64,000 nt of DNA from Clostridia bacterium (lineage in GTDB: Bacteria > Bacillota > Clostridia > Christensenellales > CAG-138): contig JAFZRT010000012.1 of the NCBI GenBank assembly GCA_017619735.1, positions 319-64,318 on the forward strand. The letters are read 5' to 3'. Each line of letters begins with the position of its first letter. Positions within the stretch are counted from its first letter, which is position 1. A program made the translations under genes and the position numbers. Of the stretch, positions 59,173 through 64,000 are shown in pieces. The notes below the pieces were generated by a model. The model was not told where the DNA came from. It searched no databases and saw only the letters and a program-made list of their open reading frames with translations.

Positions 59173-59799
59173 TTACTTTACGGTGCTCTTTACGAGTACC
59201 AGACCGCCGTTGGCGCCGGGGATGGCTCCCTTGATGAGGAGAAGGTTCCTCTCGGCGTCGCTGCGGACGATCTCGAGGTTCTGGACGGTGATGCGCTCAC
59301 GGCCCATGTGGCCGGGAAGGTGCTTGGTCTTGAAGACCTCACCGGGGTAGGTGCAGGCGCCCATGGAGCCGGCAACGCGGTAGGAATGGGAACCGTGGGT
59401 CTTGCGGCCGCGGGCCTGGTTCCAACGCTTGATGTTGCCTTCGAAGCCCTTACCCTTGGAAATGCCGGTCACGTCAACGTGCTCGCCCTTTTCGAAGACG
59501 TCAGCCTTTATGACGTTGCCGACCTGATACTGACTGCAGTCGTCAAGGCGGAACTCCTTGACGTAACGATGAGCTTCAACACCGGCCTTCTTCAGGTGAC
59601 CCATCTCGGGCTTGGTGATGAGCTTCTCTCTTACGGGCATGAAAGCCATCTGGACCGCGTCGTAACCGTCATGATCGACTGTCTTGATCTGGGTTACGGG
59701 GCAGGGACCGGCCATCACAACGGTCACGGGGACCATGGTGCCGTCCTCACGGAAGACCTGGGTCATGCCGATTTTCTTACCCAATATAGCCTGTTTCAT
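59173..59799 (-). CDS. rplC: 50S ribosomal protein L3
   Basis: [20 protein letters not shown]. Confidence 0.97.
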   Translation of the reverse strand: MKQAILGKKIGMTQVFREDGTMVPVTVVMAGPCPVTQIKTVDHDGYDAVQMAFMPVREKLITKPEMGHLKKAGVEAHRYVKEFRLDDCSQYQVGNVIKADVFEKGEHVDVTGISKGKGFEGNIKRWNQARGRKTHGSHSYRVAGSMGACTYPGEVFKTKHLPGHMGRERITVQNLEIVRSDAERNLLLIKGAIPGANGGLVLVKSTVK

Positions 59800-59813
59800 C
59801 GTGACACCTCATT

Positions 59814-60122
59814 TCAGAGCTTGATCTCGATGTCGACGCCGGCGGGAAGATCGAGCTTCATCAGCGCATCGACCGTCTTGGCGGAGGGCTGGATGATGTC
59901 GATCAGGCGCTTGTGCGTGCGCATCTCGAACTGTTCTCTGGAGTCTTTGTACTTGTGCGTTGCACGGAGGATGGTTACTACTTCCTTCTCGGTGGGAAGG
60001 GGGATGGGGCCGGAGACCCTGGCACCCGTACGCCTTGCCGTGTCAACGATCTTCTCTGCGCTCTGGTCGATGAGCTCGCACTCATAGGCCTTGAGCTTAA
60101 TGCGGATCCTGTTGTTAGCCAT
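59814..60122 (-). CDS. rpsJ: 30S ribosomal protein S10
   Basis: [27 protein letters not shown]. Confidence 0.98.
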   Translation of the reverse strand: MANNRIRIKLKAYECELIDQSAEKIVDTARRTGARVSGPIPLPTEKEVVTILRATHKYKDSREQFEMRTHKRLIDIIQPSAKTVDALMKLDLPAGVDIEIKL

Positions 60123-60484
60123 TTTTAACTCCTTCCAATTTTTCACGGAATCGCCGTGCCGTAATATTGCGGAGCGTATCGTCCCTCTGTATTCCCCTTA
60201 TAATAAGGTAGGCACAGTTCGACTTTCGCCGCTCCCGGCAGTACACTCACCCGCGCGTTTTCATATACAAAAACTTATCGGGCGGTTTCCCGCCATGCCC
60301 CCGATTGGGGCCATCCCTCAAAAGTTACCCGGCTGGCGACCGGCAATCTCCCTCGGGACTACCGTTGCTGCTCCGATTGACTTTTAGCTGCTGCCCGCCG
60401 CACAGTCGACGGGATCGCAGTTGGCATCAAAAGCCGCACATTGCGCAAGCTTACTTATTATACATGTTTTTTTCCTTTTTGCAA
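60123..60484 (-). promoter_or_regulatory. S10 operon promoter and long structured leader
   Basis: TTGCAA-16-TATAAT at 60457-60484; ~330-nt untranslated leader with hairpins such as GGCGG-GAAA-CCGCC. Confidence 0.65.
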
Positions 60485-60581
60485 GCCCTATTTTTCATTT
60501 TTCCAAATATATTTTGTAATGTACACGCAGCCGCGTGTTTCGCGGCTGCGTGGATCGTTCCCGATATTCGGATAATAAATT

Positions 60582-61124
60582 TTACTTGGCGTTTTCCCTG
60601 TTCCCCAGCACTCCGGGGTTCTTTATGAGCAGCGTCTGCAGCAGCGTGCCCAGTATGCCGCAGCATACGAACTCGCCGACGAATACGCAGGCGGCGGTTA
60701 TGAGCAGCGCAGTCCCCGTCGGGTATGCCGCGAGCGTCTGATCGAGGCCGTAGCAGTAATAGACGACGAAGGGCACTATGAAAGTGTTTGAGAGTATGGG
60801 CGGGACGGGCGCCATGAAGCGGTGCCTGCGCAGCAGATACGTTCCGATCGCGCCAATGAGCGTCGCCAGCGTGCCGAAGACCACGTCCCACGGAGCGCAG
60901 GCGGTGACGATATTGGATATCAGGCATCCTATCGCGAGGCCTGGAACGGCGGCGGGCGTGAAGAACGGAAGAACGGTGAGGACTTCCGACAGTCTGAACT
61001 GGATCAGGTTCTGTCCGGACAGCCCGAGCAGGGCGCTGAGGTAGGTCAGCACGACGTAGAGGGCGGCGATGATCGCGCCCTGCGCCATGAACTTGGCGCT
61101 GAAGCGCACGGGTTTCTTTTCCAT
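60582..61124 (-). CDS. queT: QueT queuosine-precursor transporter (ECF S component)
   Basis: IAALYVVLT, QFRLSE.L..LP, GLAIGCLISN, DVVFGTLAT. Confidence 0.9.
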   Translation of the reverse strand: MEKKPVRFSAKFMAQGAIIAALYVVLTYLSALLGLSGQNLIQFRLSEVLTVLPFFTPAAVPGLAIGCLISNIVTACAPWDVVFGTLATLIGAIGTYLLRRHRFMAPVPPILSNTFIVPFVVYYCYGLDQTLAAYPTGTALLITAACVFVGEFVCCGILGTLLQTLLIKNPGVLGNRENAK

Positions 61125-61136
61125 ATTTTGTTTTTC

Positions 61137-61192
61137 TCCTTAGTTTTTTTGTTTGGGATTTCCCCCGGGTGAGGATGGTTTCGAACTCACCC
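61137..61192 (-). ncRNA. preQ1-I riboswitch (variant)
   Basis: GGGTGAG-TTCGAAACCATC-CTCACCC stem-loop, then AAAAAAACTAAGGAG overlapping the queT RBS. Confidence 0.75.
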
Positions 61193-61218
61193 GTATGACG
61201 AGCCCACCTGCGGGGGAC

Positions 61219-62211
61219 TTATCTTCGCGTTATGTCCCTTCTCTGGAACTGCATGAGTCCGCGCTTTGTTTCCGGTCTCGGGAGCATTATGCGTATCGCG
61301 GAGTGGATGTTCTCGATGAACACCTCATGCCCCGCCTCCACGAGCTCGCCGTCGAGTATCCAGTTGACGGGCTCGTCCAGTATGAAGCGCACCTCGCTGC
61401 AGGTGAAGCGGTGCATGTACTCGTTGTTGAAGTCGCTCGTGCTGAGGCCGCGGGCGATCCAGCCGAGCTCCATCGGGGTATCGGGATAGTCTATGAGCAT
61501 GACCTCGAAAAGGCCGTCGTTCAGATCGACCGAGCCGCGCTTTGTGTAATTGATGACGCCCACCACCGACGGCGTGTTGCTGACGGAGGCGAAGGCGTAA
61601 TCGCCCGTTATCATCTCTCCGTTTATTATGACGCTCGTGTGATTGGGGCGGATATTGGCGATGGAGTTCATGCCGCTGCCGAGATACGCGAGGAAGCCAA
61701 GCGCGTTCTTCGCCTCCTGCGGGGTGGAATAGCTGATGTCGGTGAACGCGCCGAACGAGGCGAGGTACGCGTAGTGCCTGCCGTTGAAGCAGCCGACGTC
61801 GATCTCCGACGGCACTCCGTTGAGGGCGGTGTCGATGAGCAGATCTATACGCTTGGGCAGGCCGAGGGCCGTGCCGAAGTCGTTGGTCGAGCCGGTCGGG
61901 ATGTAGCCCAGCACGGGCCGCTTCTCCTTTTCGACCTGCATTATGCCCCTTATGACCTCGTTCATTGTGCCGTCGCCGCCCGAGAGCACGAGCAGCTCGC
62001 ACTCCGCGCCGTATTCCGCGGCTATCCTCGTGGCGTCGCCGCGGCAGGTGGTCGTAAAGGCGCGCGTCTCATAGCCCGCGTTCGACAGCGCCTCCACGAC
62101 GGGCGCGATCACGCTCATGGCGCGGGTGTTGCCGGATTTGGGATTGACGATCAGCAGCGCGTTTTTGCGGCTGTCCCTCGTGTATTCTTTTGAAAGAGTT
62201 CCTTCCATCAA
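61219..62211 (-). CDS. Diacylglycerol/lipid kinase family (YegS/DagK-like)
   Basis: NPKSG, GGDGT.NEV, IPTGSTNDF, LDGE. Confidence 0.9.
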   Translation of the reverse strand: MMEGTLSKEYTRDSRKNALLIVNPKSGNTRAMSVIAPVVEALSNAGYETRAFTTTCRGDATRIAAEYGAECELLVLSGGDGTMNEVIRGIMQVEKEKRPVLGYIPTGSTNDFGTALGLPKRIDLLIDTALNGVPSEIDVGCFNGRHYAYLASFGAFTDISYSTPQEAKNALGFLAYLGSGMNSIANIRPNHTSVIINGEMITGDYAFASVSNTPSVVGVINYTKRGSVDLNDGLFEVMLIDYPDTPMELGWIARGLSTSDFNNEYMHRFTCSEVRFILDEPVNWILDGELVEAGHEVFIENIHSAIRIMLPRPETKRGLMQFQRRDITRR

Positions 62212-63284
62212 TACCTTCCGTAGAAGAGCTCGTGTATGTACTGCTTGTTAAGATCTATATTTATCTCTATGACCGCCATGCCGCGTTCATACGCATACGA
62301 CCAGGATCCCGGGCAGGGTATCGTCGCCCTGGCGATGCCGTTGGCTCCCGGGCCGAAAACGATGTTCGTGGCGAGGGCTATCATCTGCCAGGGGGAGAGG
62401 TTCGTTTCGACGTAATCCATGAGCCGGTAGACCATGGACGTCATCGAGGCGATGTCGCCCTCCTGCTTCGCTCTCTGGAGGAACGCGGTCATGACCGTCC
62501 TCTGGCGCTCCGTCCTCGACCAGTCGCCGTTGCCGATGGTACGGTTGCGGCAGTGTCTGAGCACCTGCTCGCCGCAGAGGTGATATATGCCCGTCTCGTT
62601 GAGCGTGATCTGCTGATCGGAAGGGCTCATCCCGTTGTAGTACTGGACCTCCTCCTCCGTGAGGGGCACGTCGAGGCCGCCGACCGTATCGACTATCCTG
62701 ACAAGGTTCTCGAAATCGGTGAGCATGTAATACTGGATGTCGAGCTCGAAGTTTTCGTTGATCGTATTGATCGCAAGGCCGATCCCGCCGAAGCGGTACG
62801 CGGTGTTGACGCGGTTCCACATATTCCTTCCGGGGATGTAGAGCCAGGTGTCGCGCAGCACGGATACGGCCTTTATCGTATTCAGGCGCTGATTGTAGGA
62901 TACTATGAGCATGACGTCCGAACGCCCGGTGTCGCCGTTGCCCCTCGTATCGGAGCCCAGTACGAGTATGTTGACGACGTCGGGATCTATCGGGTTCTGC
63001 AGATAGATGGGATCGTTATAGATGAGCGACGGATCGAGATACGGGTCGTAATCGCGGGAGAGATCCGGATCGCCGTCGATCCTGTTTAGGCCCGGATCGG
63101 GCGTGTCGTACGGCGATACGGTGGGCTTCGCGACGGTCTTTATCGCGTGTATGCTCATGCCGTACATCTTGATTATGGTGAAGAGACCGAAGCCCACTAT
63201 GATCAGCACCAGCAGTGCGAGCACGGCCAACAGTATCTTCTTGGGTTTGGACAAACGCTTGATCTTGCGCTTAGTGGTTTCCAT
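62208..63284 (-). CDS. LytR-CpsA-Psr (LCP) family protein
   Basis: N-terminal TM helix, NILVLGSD, RSDVM, S.LRD, D..RTERQR. Confidence 0.9.
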   Translation of the reverse strand: METTKRKIKRLSKPKKILLAVLALLVLIIVGFGLFTIIKMYGMSIHAIKTVAKPTVSPYDTPDPGLNRIDGDPDLSRDYDPYLDPSLIYNDPIYLQNPIDPDVVNILVLGSDTRGNGDTGRSDVMLIVSYNQRLNTIKAVSVLRDTWLYIPGRNMWNRVNTAYRFGGIGLAINTINENFELDIQYYMLTDFENLVRIVDTVGGLDVPLTEEEVQYYNGMSPSDQQITLNETGIYHLCGEQVLRHCRNRTIGNGDWSRTERQRTVMTAFLQRAKQEGDIASMTSMVYRLMDYVETNLSPWQMIALATNIVFGPGANGIARATIPCPGSWSYAYERGMAVIEINIDLNKQYIHELFYGRY

Positions 63285-63336
63285 TTATTTCCTCCGACCG
63301 AATATTCCCCCGTTTCGGTCAATCGATCCTCAGTGC

Positions 63337-64000
63337 TTATTTCTCGTATCCCATGGGATTCGCTGACTGCCAGCGCCATGTGTCCTCGCACATCTGGGCA
63401 AGGCCGCGCTCCGCCTTCCAGCCGAGCAGTCTTTCCGCCTTGGAGGGATCCGCGTAGCAGGTGGGGATATCCCCCGCCCTTCTGGGCGCGAACTCGTACT
63501 TGAGCTCCCTGCCGCAGGCCTTCGAGAACGCCTCGATGACCTCCAGCACGCTGTAGCCGTTGCCCGTGCCGATGTTGAACACCTCGCAGCCGCTCCTGCC
63601 GACTATGAAGTCGAGCGCCTTTACGTGCGCCTTCGCAAGATCCGTCACGTGGATGAAGTCCCTTATGCAGGTGCCGTCCCGCGTGGGATAGTCGTTTCCG
63701 TTGACGAAGAGCCGCTCGCGCCTGCCCGCAGCGAACTGCGCGACGTAGGGCAGAAGGTTGTTCGGTATCCCGAGGGGATCCTCGCCAATGCGGCCGCTCT
63801 CATCCGCTCCGATGGGGTTGAAGTACCGGAGCAGCACCGCGCCGAGCTCCTTCCTCGCCCTCGCGGTATCGCGGATGATGACCTCCGACATGTGCTTGGT
63901 CATGCCGTAGGGGTTGGTGCAGGCGCCGGTGGGCATATCCTCCCTGAGGGGCATAACGTCCGATTCGCCGTAGACGGTCGCGGACGAGCTGAATACGATG
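63337..64000 (-). CDS. galE: UDP-glucose 4-epimerase (partial; 5' end beyond window)
   Basis: FSSSATVYG, PYGMTK, LRYFNPIGA, DGTCIRDFIHV, RRAGD. Confidence 0.93.
   Translation of the reverse strand, partial: IVFSSSATVYGESDVMPLREDMPTGACTNPYGMTKHMSEVIIRDTARARKELGAVLLRYFNPIGADESGRIGEDPLGIPNNLLPYVAQFAAGRRERLFVNGNDYPTRDGTCIRDFIHVTDLAKAHVKALDFIVGRSGCEVFNIGTGNGYSVLEVIEAFSKACGRELKYEFAPRRAGDIPTCYADPSKAERLLGWKAERGLAQMCEDTWRWQSANPMGYEK

Overview
GC-rich chromosomal window from a spore-forming Clostridia-like bacterium. Positions ~13-64 kb are mostly housekeeping: corA, galM, typA, cysE/cysK, tcdA-like, SpoIID-SH3, yunB, tldD/pmbA, feoAB, yybS-rplI-dnaB, FMN riboswitch-ribU, an ABC exporter pair, the complete S10-spc-alpha ribosomal cluster on the minus strand, preQ1-queT, an LCP protein and partial galE. 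Positions 1-13 kb are an accessory region anchored on three minus-strand tRNAs (Thr-CGT, Pro-CGG, Ser-CGA). It holds a Zn-macrodomain/SirTM pair, a serine hydrolase, two integrase remnants and several gene fragments. The most striking signal is a ~100-bp structured element just past the terminators of tRNA-Pro and tRNA-Ser, with a partial third copy bounding a 2-kb integrative remnant. It has conserved stems, a 28-30 nt variable loop and tRNA-matched outer arms, and it ends in a tRNA 3' duplicate that always carries the same 2-nt T-loop insertion. This suggests a folded-DNA (attC-like) tRNA-targeting recombination site or a minimal mobile element. Family assignments come from motif recognition by eye; no searches were run and novelty is unverified.
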